From: Diadema antillarum
Taxonomy: Eukaryota
Direction: 5' to 3'
Length of the DNA stretch: 64,000 nt
NCBI RefSeq assembly: GCF_040938485.1
Contig: NW_027272117.1
Coordinates: forward strand, 186,001-250,000
Numbering within the stretch: the first letter of the stretch is position 1; the number at the start of each line of letters is the position of its first letter. The position numbers and the translations under genes are program-made. Below are positions 13,850 through 25,234 of this stretch, in pieces. The notes under the pieces are model-generated. The model was not told the origin of the DNA and made no database searches. It saw only the letters and a list, made by a program, of their open reading frames with translations.

Positions 13850-15194
13850 TACAAAACAAATGGACAGCGCGCGGTCCTCAAGCGTATACCACACATCACC
13901 TGAGTTGCTGTCTTTGAAGTTGTTGTTGTTATCAAGCGTCTTTGATTCTTTCTAGAGGTGCTTGATAGGCGCACACTAATTATGCATGCGCACCAAAGAG
14001 GTTTTTTGATGCGCGCGTTGTATCAACTCGGACCTTAACTGCGAGTAGCCAGAACGCGAAGTGCAGCATACAGGCCACTCCCATAGTACAACACTGTACA
14101 ATCCATGAAGAGCCAGAGGGACAGCCAAGACAACTCAGCCCGCCGTCAAAGCGAGGCCGAGTTGTACCCGAGTCCGAGTTAAGCCTGACCCCGTTCGGGT
14201 ACCGGTAAGTTCTGAGACTGAACCTTTTTGGTTAGTATTTCGCATTTTCGTCGTTACCCATCGAATATCTTGTTATTACAGCATTATTCCGCACATTTCC
14301 TAGGCATACGTTCACATTTGGGAGCGAAATTTGACAACTTTTACAGGCGTACCAGAACTATGTTTTGGCTTTAATGACTGATCATGTCTAGGGTAACATC
14401 ACGACATGGACCCCGGACCAGAGTCCCAAGATAGGCTAGTGGGGATGGGGGTACATTTACATAAGTTCAATAAAAGGACTGGAAGAAAGAGTAGGCCTAT
14501 GCCTACTTACTGTATAAACTCTACTAGTACTACCCCTACGGCCTGTACTGCAGTCCTTTTAGCGCTGCGCGCTGGCTGCGGACTCATTTCGAGCCCCGGG
14601 GATGGGCTGACGTCCTGACACACGGTTAGCTCGAGCTCGCTACTTGTCAGTGTTGTGTGGGTTGCATATGGGCAGAGCTAGCTGCCAGCTCTAGCTGTGT
14701 GTGCACACACTAACCCACGTCGAGCACTGCGCCTCTGTCTGACTGCGATCGATGGAGATGACGGGCAACCGGCAACCTGCAGAGGAAATATATCTTATTC
14801 TTACCCCAAGAATTTACTTAGGCTACCGATATAAAAACGTACACAAGGAATATACTCACCGCAAAGTGTAAACTCTCCAAGTTGTTAACCGATCAACCAG
14901 AAATTTGCTCTTGGAATTAAGGGCTCTTGTTCAGCTGAGAGGTCGTATCTGTAGCCTGTAGGAGATCGAGAGTAAACGTTCTTGGGGATAACATACACTC
15001 ATACTAGTGCATCTAGCTAGCTCGCAAAGCATGCATTCAACTGCATTGCGGCACTGACAGACACATTATACGGATGTGTGTATGGTACACACACGATTAT
15101 CTTGCTTACAAAATACGTACTGCAAGCATGCATCACACGAAGAGAGACTACTTCCGACTTCGTCCTTTGAAGGAATGATGGGAAGACTTTTAAA
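13850..15194. promoter_or_regulatory. CpG-rich promoter/5'UTR region upstream of the SLC66A3-like ATG
   Basis: Local rise in GC and CpG. Plus-strand donor accg|gtaagt at 14205 and a minus-strand exon-like segment at 14860-14955. Confidence 0.45.
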
Positions 15195-15370
15195 ATGTCA
15201 GCCTCCATGGACACCAGCAACGCTGTCAGCGTGGACAATCTGTTGAGATTTCTCAATTTCTTCTGCGTAGCACCATGCCTATTCGCAAAAGTGCCACAGA
15301 TGAGAAATGTTATTGTAGCGAGGAGTGCAAAGGGACTAAGTTTCAACGGTGCATTAATGGAGACAGTTGT
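15195..15370 (+). CDS. SLC66A3: SLC66A3/PQLC3-like PQ-loop membrane protein, coding exon 1
   Basis: MSASMDTSNAVSVDNLLRFLNFFCVAPCLFAKVPQMRNVIVARSAKGLSFNGALMETV matches recalled human KLPQISAVLAARSARGLSLPSLLLELAG. Donor gt|gtaaga, phase 2. Confidence 0.9.
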
Positions 15371-15627
15371 GTAAGATATTCTAACACTTCGCCTTCTTCA
15401 AAATCAAATTAAAATTTTATCAATGTCATGATGGCTAATGGCAAATGCCGAGTGTGTAAACCCCGGGGTTGGGCACACAAGGAGCTCCGGGTGTTCGGGC
15501 GAGTGAGATGCTCATGTTGCCTCAGTTTTCCCTCTACAGGCTCTATTAAACACGTTAGGCTCTGTATGCTGTGCTGTGCCAGTAGCACTCCTCCAGGGGC
15601 CGCGAAACCGGAGATCTAAACTAATCC

Positions 15628-15898
15628 GGCATACTCGTGAAATAGGCCCCACCACTGCGTATCCGTACAAATACTACGGCGGCTCGCCTGTTTATACTCG
15701 TGAATTCAGCCCCACCGTGTGGCGTTCATCGGTAGATAAGCACGGCGGTGGGGCTTTCTTCCACAGTATAATACTCGTGAATACGGCCCCACCAAACGGG
15801 GTTTACGCGAGATGCATACGGCGGTGGGGCCGATTTCCACAGCATAGCATCGCACCGGTGCACGCGCACTGCGGTGGGGCCTATTTCACGATTTTGCC
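15628..15898. repeat. Foldback-like element with nested inverted subrepeats
   Basis: Perfect 19-bp inverted pair tcgtgaaataggccccacc (15635) / ggtggggcctatttcacga (to 15891). Three direct tactcgtgaa..gccccacc units face three gcggtggggc units. Confidence 0.75.
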
Positions 15899-16940
15899 AC
15901 TAATCCAATCCCCTCCCAGGCCAGGGATTGGATTGGATTATAATCCCGGCCGGCCCTACATTCATTGCTATTCGCATTCCTTCGTGTTTGCTTATTGCTC
16001 TATTCCTTGCCCTGGCCTTACCTGATATTGGCTCCCTACTCTTGACACCAAACCTACTGCTAGTGCTAGTATTCTCTTTAGCAACGTTACCTCTACTCCT
16101 TATTGTTTTCAGTACTCTTACGAGTCTATGTCCCTATCCCCTCACAGGTAATGCATGTTTGTTTGGTTGTTGTTTTTTTGTTGCCTGTAGAGGAGTGTAG
16201 TCCTATTAAATGTTTTACATGTATGTTTATGTTTAAATAAATACTGTACGTGAATTTGTCATTTTGCTACGATCAAAAACTCAGGCCCATTTTGACTCAA
16301 ATTTATGCCACTGGCTTGCTGTATTTGAATAAGCAGCTTTCAGCATTATTTATTTATTTAGATCTATATCTTATTTATTTATTCATTTAGTGTATTCATT
16401 TACTTATTTTTGAAAAGTATAGGAGTAGCTAGTTGCAGAAGGCTGCTCAATTTGCCAGAATGGTTCGAATTCTAAACTTCCTTTTTTTTTCTCTCTTTTT
16501 TTCTTTGGTCAGCATTGGAAGGATAGATTGTAGATCTATAAGCAATTTATTATGAAGTTTATATATCCTGCTTCTTTTCCAGATACCTGATAATGGAAAA
16601 CATGTTTATTTGTTTGTTTGATTTTCATTTGTTTCCAATAAGAATAATCATGGTTCATAGATTGTATGATTAAGTTCTACAGTGTATATCATGCTTCTTT
16701 TCCAGACATACTTGATAATGTGTTTGTTTGTTTGCTTGTTTGTTTGTTTTTGTTTTGTTTCCAGCAAAAAGAATCATGGTTCCCAAGCACAGACCTGTCA
16801 CTGCCAGTGAAATCAACTGTATGTCCTAATTAGTACAAACTTTCATACAGTCCCTCCAGTTTTACAGAATTTTGATAATGTGAAAGTTAATTTGTAACGA
16901 ATTATTTCAGCCTTTTTATCCTTTGTATTTCATTTTCTAG

Positions 16941-17023
16941 GTACATGGTAGGCCTGCTGTACCACTTCACAAATCTATTCCCTGTGATGGCCTTTGCGGA
17001 GTATATTGCTCTGGAAATACAAG
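16941..17023 (+). CDS. SLC66A3: SLC66A3-like coding exon 2
   Basis: ttttctag|...|gtaaga, 83 bp. YMVGLLYHFTNLFPVMAFAEYIALEIQ aligns with FLVFLRYQCYYGYPPLTYLEYPILIAQ. Confidence 0.9.
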
Positions 17024-17258
17024 GTAAGAATTAATGAAAGCCAGGGTTAGGGTATATGAGAATCATAGCTTCTCTAGTTGATTAATCAAAATTAAGAGAA
17101 ATACATCAGAGATATTATGTCCCTCTGCCTCTGTTAGATTTTTGATGTCAGATTTGATGCGTAGCCAGACAGCCACCAGACAGCTATATTATTGAGTACA
17201 ACAGTGGTATTATACATAAATGTATGCTTTCTACATTGTTCCTTTCATTCATTCATCT

Positions 17259-17451
17259 NNNNNNNNNNNNNNNNNNNNNNNNNNNNNNNNNNNNNNNNNN
17301 NNNNNNNNNNNNNNNNNNNNNNNNNNNNNNNNNNNNNNNNNNNNNNNNNNNNNNNNNNNNNNNNNNNNNNNNNNNNNNNNNNNNNNNNNNNNNNNNNNNN
17401 NNNNNNNNNNNNNNNNNNNNNNNNNNNNNNNNNNNNNNNNNNNNNNNNNNN
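17259..17451. other. Assembly gap (193 N)
   Basis: Run of N in intron 2 of the SLC66A3-like gene. Confidence 1.
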
Positions 17452-17863
17452 GTTGTTGTCGTCATCGCCGTCGTCATTATCATTGCTATCATCAAAAATT
17501 AAGTATAGACTTAACCATAAACACTGATGCCCTGTCAAGAGAGCTGCAAGGCTAGTGCCAAAGTTTTTGTGCTGCAGTGCAAGACTGAGGTTAAAACAGT
17601 AAGCTACAGTATACTTGTATGGTGTAATCACCAGTGTGGAAGAATCACGACATTATACCACACACAAACATGTCTACAGTATACCCGGTATGTTAAATAA
17701 TCTTAGTAGTGTGACAGGCAAGTATGCTGTGATAAGGTCAGCAGATACAGAATATGATGCTTCTGCCTGACAGTGTATGCAAGTAATTATGAGTGATGAT
17801 CAAAAGAGAAGATACTGTGTATGGTTCCTTGTGCCCTTCATGAGATGCACACTGTGGCTTATG

Positions 17864-18041
17864 CAGGGCTGCCAACTCTCGCGCATTGGGCGTGAGACTC
17901 ACTCATTTTGGTCCTTTCTCACTCTAAAACTTTATTTCATTTGCATGCATTTCTATTGATCTCACTCATTTTGACTCCTAAATTATAGCATTGGCCTATG
18001 GGAGTCTCACTCTCAACTAGTTTCCAGTGTTAGCAGCCCTG
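17864..18041. mobile_element. CAGGGCTGCCAAC-type MITE, 6-bp TSD
   Basis: cagggctgccaac / gttagcagccctg, flanked by cttatg on both sides. Confidence 0.8.
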
Positions 18042-18642
18042 CTTATGTCATACAGTAGATCTCTGATAAGTATTTAAACTTTGATTTGCTCTGAATTCAC
18101 ATTCCATTATATCACATGCACCAACCTACAAACTATTGTAGTAGGTACAGTTGCATCTTGTTTGCAGTAGAACAGATGTGTATGCATTGTACAGTTGTAT
18201 GTCTCCGCTTTTGTTCACAAGGATCTGTTAGCTAGTAATGTTGGTGGAGATGAGGATTGGGCTTAAACATAGCTTTTTGCGAGATACCAAGAAAACACTT
18301 ACAGTATGAAATAATACAAAGCATACCATTCTTAGAGGTATTCATTTTATTCTAGATGAAGACCGATTTTGGAATGGCCAAGACATCCAAAAACAAAGTG
18401 AAACAAGGCAGTCTTTAAAGGTGGATCCCATCTTTTATTAGGTTTGCTCTTTTTTGGATATCTCAGCCATTTAAAAACCATTGTTTGTTTGTTTTTCAAA
18501 TAAATGTTGAATCCCTCTTGGAATTGCATGCTCTTTCATATTTCCTAAGAGGTTTCTCAAATACTGTTATCTCACTAAAAAGTGTAAGAAGCCTGAAGCT
18601 TTCATGCAATGTTATTAAATCATTTTGCCATTCTTTTCACAG

Positions 18643-18715
18643 CTATGCTGATGGTACTACTGATTGTGTATTACAGTGACAACCTTGAATTCAGACTTAT
18701 ACCCATGGCTGCTGT
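18643..18715 (+). CDS. SLC66A3: SLC66A3-like coding exon 3
   Basis: ttcttttcacag| 73 bp AMLMVLLIVYYSDNLEFRLIPMAAV |gtatcctt. Phases 1 and 2 fit both neighbouring exons. Confidence 0.85.
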
Positions 18716-19181
18716 GTATCCTTTCCTGTCATTGGATAGAACAACACATCAGACTATGAAGTTTATTGTTGTGTTTTTCTCTACCAGAGCAAATTGATAA
18801 TACTTAACAGACTGAATGTTACATATATTGTACATCAGGATGAAAAAGTTAGATAGTGATTAATGGTTTTGTTTCACATGCTGTTTTCTTTGGAAAAAGT
18901 TTTTTTCTCTTGCTTTACTGATGTCACGTTGACATACCACTGAAAGTGCTGGAAGATATGTTTTTCCATTTATAATTTTATAATGTACTTTTATTTGAAA
19001 TAGTGCAGCAATACACAGAAAAATGATAATTCTTCAACCATATGTATTGACAGTCTTAAGAAGTGGAGTTCTTAATGGAGTTACATGGGAAAATGAATAT
19101 TTCATGTCCCTCGTGTACGTACAAATTATACTCTTCGTCACGCAGACAAACTTCCTTAGCCAGAGTTTTGACTTTCCTCAG
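18716..19181 (+). other. Probable U12-type (minor spliceosome) GT-AG intron
   Basis: 5' splice site GTATCCTTT. Branch-like TTCCTTAGC at 19152-19160, about 23 nt before the AG. Confidence 0.75.
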
Positions 19182-19248
19182 ATTTTTCACATTAGCAGGA
19201 CTCATAGGGGCTGGTGTCTTCCCAGCATATGTTATTGCATTCCTGTTT
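19182..19248 (+). CDS. SLC66A3: SLC66A3-like coding exon 4
   Basis: ttcctcag| 67 bp FFTLAGLIGAGVFPAYVIAFLF |gtgagt. Hydrophobic transmembrane-like segment. Confidence 0.85.
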
Positions 19249-19471
19249 GTGAGTATAAAAGACTGCATCATGTCTACATTTTCTTTTACAGTCTGTTTCG
19301 GGGGGGGGGGGGGGGGGGGATTAACTTTAAAAACAAATCAAAGTGGAATTGTGTTTGCATATTACTTGACAAAGTCACTCATTTAGCTTGTAAACCTCAA
19401 AGTACTAAAATCAATTTGCAGGATGTGCATGTATCATTCACTTGTGTCATGAGTATCTCCTACCCTTGTTG

Positions 19472-19504
<33 letters not shown>

Positions 19505-19995
19505 ATTGCGATCGCTCTTCGTCCGGCGTGCGTCGTGCGTGAACTTTTTACATTTTCATCTTCTTCTTGAAAACCCCAAGACTGATTTTCACCAAACTTG
19601 GCAAGTAGCATCCCTAGGGGGTTAGGATCTCAATTTGTTAAAATGGGCACCATGCCCCACCCAGGGGGCCCCAACCCCCCCCCCCCCCCAAATTAAGGAA
19701 TCTTTAAAAATCTTCTTCTCTAGAACCAGAAGTGATAGAGCTAAGTTAATACTATGAGTTAGTACATTAATGACTGTAGTTCCAAGTTTGTTCATGGCAG
19801 ATCCAGGGATGCCCCTATTGGGGTAGGGGGGGGGGGGGTCCACATTTTTATCATCTTCTTGAAAACCTCATTATGGATTTTCACCAAACTTGGCAGGTAG
19901 CATCCCTAGGGGGTTCAGATCTCAATTTGTTAAAATGGGCACCATGCCCCACCCAGGAGGCCCCAGGGGTCCAGACCCCCAAAATTAAGGCATCT

Positions 19996-22900
19996 GGGCA
20001 ATTCCATAAATTTGTCAACCAGAGGGTCAATTTTTCAAAATGAAATTATCAGCACAAATTATATATCATTTTGATGGGAATTGTTTAAACTGTTCAAAAA
20101 TGTTAATTAGAAATGCACTTTATCAAGGTCAAGGTCACAGGAGTGATTTCAATGAAGCCATTTGACAACTGCTCTGGAACCACTTTTATAATCCACTGTT
20201 TCATTTGATATTTTTTGTGAAGGAAAAGAAAACTTTTCAAGTCACTACATCATTGAATATGAAGGTAATGAATCACTTTTTCCATATCCACACGATAGAG
20301 AACGTGAAAGTGACAATTTATGTTGTCTTCTTTACTTTTATTTTGTGCATTATTTCAATGTACGTCCGAAACAAAAAAACACTTTTTTTAAATCTTACAT
20401 AAAAACTTGAATGCCAGTAAACTGCAAAATCTCAATGCAAAGCAAGTTTTTGTTGCTTTTCAAATGTGTAACGTTAGAATTTTGTAATTATCTCTAATTA
20501 GTGAAAAAATATGTGTTCGGACGTACACTTTTTTATGTACGTCCGAAACAACTTTTATGTACGTCCGAAACACTTTTCATGTTGACTTCTTACTGTGCTC
20601 TGGAACCCATTGAAAACAATCCTATTGAGCTTACATATTTAAGGAATACATTTCTGTGTCTAATCCTCTTGTATACATAGGTTTATAATAGTCAATAAAA
20701 TTTTAATTATTCATTAAATAAACAAATTCTGTCCATACATGTATGTGTGCACACAAACAAGTTAGGCTGAACAGAAAGCGTGGTCTGAAGTTGATACAGT
20801 GGAATGTATGAAAACCACCAACAGTAGGGAATGGTCATATAAGAGACATTCTTTAGACAATGTGTCTTTACAAGGACAGATATTGATTACTTGCTTACCA
20901 CCTCCCTGCTTACATAGAGCAGAGAAGGTGGCTTGTTGTATGAAATACCCTCCTATTTTGGCCAAGACTGAGTATTTCAGCTTCTTATCACCTTGCATTC
21001 ACATTGCAATACTACAATGTACTGTTTCCTACCATTTTTGTCAGCTGGTGTTTACAATCCTAATCCTGTGACTCGAAGTTATCGTCTGCATCTTCATGCA
21101 TTTTGATTACAGATATATGGACACACAGCCTGCAATTTAGACAACAATAGACATGATATACATCATTGTTACGACCTAAGACCTCATAGACATGTATACA
21201 ATGTTCAATTCACTTCGGTTAGTTCCTAAACTTTTTGTCAATTTTCTTCACAAAGCTATGATGTATTTATCTTCTTTCAAAATCGGTTTCATGGTCTACT
21301 GTAGTATCTATGTCATAAATTGTTTTTCAACTTAATGATTTAATTCAATGCTGCACACTGGCACTGGTCCGATTGTCCAGGACAAGTAAAAATTACTGTC
21401 GGACCAGTATTTTTTTTAAAGGGATGGACCAGTTAAAAGATGGAAAAACTGGGTACCTACTGGTCTGACAGACCAGTCCGACCAGTAGAAAAAATGGGTA
21501 AGTGTGCAGCCCTTTCTAATTTGTGATTTATCTTCATGCACTTTAATCATTCATTTGAAAATTACAGACTGATGTTGCTGCCGAAGGAGTACTGGAGCAG
21601 GTCATGCCATAAAAATGGTTATGATAGTGTTAGTGATTTATGATAATAATTATAAATATTTCAGAGTGAATAAGATTTTTTCCATAGAATACATCCTGTA
21701 GATTATGCAACAAAAATACACTGCATAGAGCCCATTGTTTAGCAGGTACTCAATAACATTTCACTAAATCTAATATTCTATATAAAAAACAACAACATCA
21801 AAAGGCCTTTGATTACCAGAATACTCCAAGCAAAATGCAAAACTGTCCCATATTTTACTTTCTTTATACATTACCATGCATGTTTTTGTGAGCTTGACCT
21901 CACAAAAAGGAACCCATAATGTTTGAATTACACTGAATGTTGTGTTTAATACATTTATCCCTCATAAATTGAATGTGACCACGCAATATTTGCTTTGCTC
22001 TTTTCATTGTAAGTTCAGAGAGTTTTGAGAACAGAGTAAAAATTCATGTAAAATTTTCTGGTCCAATACATGCATGTACAATGTACTTACTGTTGAATCA
22101 ACATAAAGTAATCAGCAATTGGTTTCTTTTGATTATTTTTTTCCATAATTGTAAAGGTCCTTGTTTACTAAGCCTGCACTATGCTTTAAGACTAGGGTTT
22201 AATTCTAATATTGGTAAAACAGGCCTATTTTTCACTCTTATTTCCCATAAGAGGGCAAAATCAAATAGCTTTGACTTGCCCGTGAACAATATCCATTGTG
22301 TCAGGATTACTCTACTGTTGTCTGTAAAAAAAAAAAAAAAATGTATTGTTTTGCCACCATGGTATACAATGTACATGTAACAAATATCTAGTCAGTATGT
22401 TACAAACAGTTATTGGTTACTACACATAAATCTTTCCATTTTCCACAAATTTTATTTTTCTTTCTGTTTGTAAATAAATGCATCTGGTACAGTCCTTCGT
22501 TGACCGTACATTATTTTGTACCATGAACAAAAAAAAATGAAATATAATGTTTCTTTAATTAATATAGTAATTGGTTACCTACAGTTTGCAACACATATGA
22601 TTCTGTTGTTCTGGCCAGTTAGTTTTTAGGCTGTATTTTGTGTTATAATCACAAAGTTTGATATAAGAATTCTGGTTCTGTAATACAAGTACATATACTT
22701 GTCATGCCTGAATATTGTCACATGTATTAAGGCAGCTGATAATGCACAGACCCTATGTATACAGTATTTTTCATGTTCTGAAGCTCTTTTATTCATTTAC
22801 ACTGGTAATGCTGACATGATAGACAAGTGCTATCATCTGAGAAGAGCCTAGGATGAAAAATAGTTATGTAACAAATTTCTTTTTGCATTTATTATAAGTG

Positions 22901-23339
22901 TTGTTGAGGGTGTACAAAGTGTACGTCCGAAACGGCGGTCGTGTACGTCCGAAACTGTACGTCCGAAACAAAAAACAAACATAATAATTTCCATGTTAAT
23001 TGTTTAAATTGCAATTTTTTTTTACATTTCTACATCATTTCACATCTACTTTAACTGTTATAATGTGAATTTTTAGAAAAATATTGCATACTTCACAGAA
23101 CTTTGTGATTGAACTTATGAAGTCAGAAAATTCACTTTTTCTGTGTACGTCCGAACACATGCTATTTTTTAATCATTCCAAGGTCACTGAGGCCTTGACA
23201 TAATTTTTTCATAGTTAATTGTTTTCTACTAACCACTTGTCATATCATGGCCAGAAAAAAGTTTCATATTCTCAATCTTGGTATCTTTGGCAGCTTAATA
23301 ATGTGTTCAAAATGTACGTCCGAATTTATGGAATTGCCC
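19996..23339. mobile_element. 3.3-kb non-autonomous DNA transposon, 17-bp TIRs, 4-bp TSD (superfamily uncertain, possibly Sola-like)
   Basis: gggcaattccataaatt / aatttatggaattgccc, TSD atct (19992-95, 23340-43). About nine (t)gtacgtccgaa motifs in both arms. No transposase ORF. Confidence 0.85.
21346..21514. mobile_element. CAATGCTGCACACT-type MITE, copy 1, ~7-bp TSD
   Basis: caatgctgcacact / agtgtgcagccct(t), flanks tttaatt / tctaatt. Confidence 0.7.
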
Positions 23340-23747
23340 ATCTTTAAAAATCTTCTTCTCTAGAACCAGAAGTGATAGAGCTAAGTTAATACTATGAGTT
23401 AGTACATTGATGGCTGTAGTTTCAAGTTTGTTCATGGCGGAATCAGGGGTGCCCCCCTTGGGACCCAGGGGAGGGGGGTGGGAGGGGTCCTAATGGAGCC
23501 TAAATTGTACATTTTCATCTTCTTCTTGAGAACCCCATGACCCATTTTCACCAAACTTGGCAGGAAGCATCCCTAGGGTTGTAGGATCTCAATTTGTTCA
23601 AATGGGCACCCTGTCCCACCTGGAGGGCCCCAAGGGACCAAAACCTCCCAAAATTAAGGAATCTTGAAAAATCTTCTCTAGAATCAGAAGTGATAGAGCT
23701 AAGTTAATACTATGAGCTAGTACATTAATGACTGTAGTTTCAAGTTT

Positions 23748-24138
23748 CAGGGCTGCCAACCTTGAGTGAAAGTTTGGCGTGAGACACTGCAAGGGAGCGG
23801 AGCGACCTCCTGGCTAGCACCTGGCGGCCTGCTGTGCGGCCGTACGTACTACGTACACAGTCAGTGTATGTAAAGCGATGTAAAGCACACGTCATAGCCA
23901 TACATGTACTGTAATTTGCCAAAAGTACAAGCTACGCTCACGTGGTAAATCTCGAAATTTTGGGCTTGGGCATATCGATATTCGGAATATCAGAGAATTT
24001 AGAGATATATTTATTTTTGTAGTCATGTACATTCCATTTTGGGGGTTTAGCGTGAGATTTCGTTTATCAGAGTGAGACAGTCAAAATCGGTTGAATTGCG
24101 TGAGTCTCACGCTCAATGCGTGAGGGTTGGCAGCCCTG
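23748..24138. mobile_element. CAGGGCTGCCAAC-type MITE, 6-bp TSD, nested in the HINE-like element
   Basis: cagggctgccaac / gttggcagccctg, TSD aagttt duplicated within a HINE unit. Confidence 0.85.
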
Positions 24139-24485
24139 AAGTTTGTTTGATAGCAGATCCAGGGGTGCCCCCCTTGCGGGCAGGGGGAGGGGTGGGGAGG
24201 TCCAAATTGGGGCCTAAATTGTACATTTTCATCTTCTTCTTGAAAACCTCATGATGGATGTTCACCAAACTTGGCAGGCAGCATCCCTGGGGGGTTAGGA
24301 TCTCAATTTGTTAAAATGGGCACCATGCTCCTTGCCCCCCCATCCCCCCAAATTAAAATTTTGGTAGAGCTGTGTGTAATTTAGATTAGTGACTGTGTTA
24401 AAGGTGAACTTACGATACTCAGGTGAGCGCTAGACCCGCGGGTCTCTTGTATTTTTACATCTCATTGATCAAGTAACGATTTGTG

Positions 24486-24656
24486 CAATGCTGCACACTG
24501 GCACTGGTCGGACGGTCCCTGACCAGTAATAATCACTGTTTACCCAGTAACTTTTGTCAGGAATGCCGGACTATGAAAAAAATGGAAAAACTGGGTAGGT
24601 AGCCTACATACTGGTCCGACAAAAGAGTCAGACCAGTGGGTTAGTGTGTAGCCCTG
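24486..24656. mobile_element. CAATGCTGCACACT-type MITE, copy 2, ~7-bp TSD
   Basis: caatgctgcacact / agtgtgtagccctg, flanks atttgtg / atttatg. Confidence 0.7.
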
Positions 24657-25113
24657 ATTTATGGAATACACAATATCACCCATGACATCTGTGTACTGCA
24701 TGATGTGTTGACAAGATGTAGTCCGTGTTCATGAGAGGGTGGCTCAGTTCAACTGGATAATGCTCCCTACTCTTTGGTAATAAATGAATCTTGATCTTTC
24801 AAAAATATGGATTTCTCATACTCAGGGCCCTTTTCTTGTGTGTGTATCATATAGAGAGACAAGAGTATTCTTCTCTCTTTCTAGAGGAGATAATATAACA
24901 CTTAGCAAACATTGTTCTGCTTAGCTCGCTGGACCTCAGTTCGAAGTCTGTTGATTTCACTTCAGACACACTGTCATCTGAACCACTTTTCTGCTCTATG
25001 TCAATCACCAAAGTACATCCAAATTGAGTACTACATGGCTGTTCAGGCAATGCTGTCACCAGGTCTAATTAACATCACGTAATTGTCATCTTCCATATTT
25101 TTCCCCCTTCCAG

Positions 25114-25234
25114 TCATGTAATATGCCTCTGAATGCCAGCAGCAAACTTCTAAACTTCAGTACTATCTACAGGGCCAAGAATTCAGGCTCGGCCAGTTTT
25201 ACCATGTGGCTTGTACTAGGCCTGACATCAATAG
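25114..25234 (+). CDS. SLC66A3: SLC66A3-like coding exon 5
   Basis: cccccttccag| 121 bp SCNMPLNASSKLLNFSTIYRAKNSGSASFTMWLVLGLTSI |gtaagt. Aligns with NLCTFISAASKFAQLQCLWKTRDSGTVSALTW. Confidence 0.9.

Larger units (their letters stand above)
19474..24450 (+). mobile_element. Helentron-associated (HINE-like) element with ~300-bp tandem units, carrying nested insertions
   Basis: 5' subterminal repeat gctcacctgag with hairpin tgagcc-gaa-ggctca. 3' ctcaggtgagc, hairpin agaccc-gc-gggtct and ctcttgt end. Repeated ttttacattttcatcttcttcttgaaaacc...aaacttggca..agcatccct units. Confidence 0.8.

Noticed and set aside
15017-15346. Minus-strand ORF resembling a secreted protein (MKLSPFALLATITFLICGTFA...)
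   Set aside because: It starts at TTG and is the antisense shadow of SLC66A3-like exon 1 on the plus strand.
15631-15891. Repeat-spacer pattern resembling a CRISPR array
   Set aside because: Eukaryotic context, degenerate units in both orientations, irregular spacing and no cas genes. Also applies to the gtacgtccgaa arrays at 20359-23325.
15928-16200. Hydrophobic 90-aa ORF as a membrane-protein exon
   Set aside because: It overlaps repeat-derived sequence in intron 1, the donor phase does not fit, and it has no homology to the PQ-loop protein.
17192-17631. ORFs spanning the N run
   Set aside because: Artefacts of the assembly gap.
25173-25234. Shorter exon 5 using acceptor atctacag at 25172
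   Set aside because: Its phase does not fit exon 4. The upstream acceptor at 25113 gives the right phase and restores homology.
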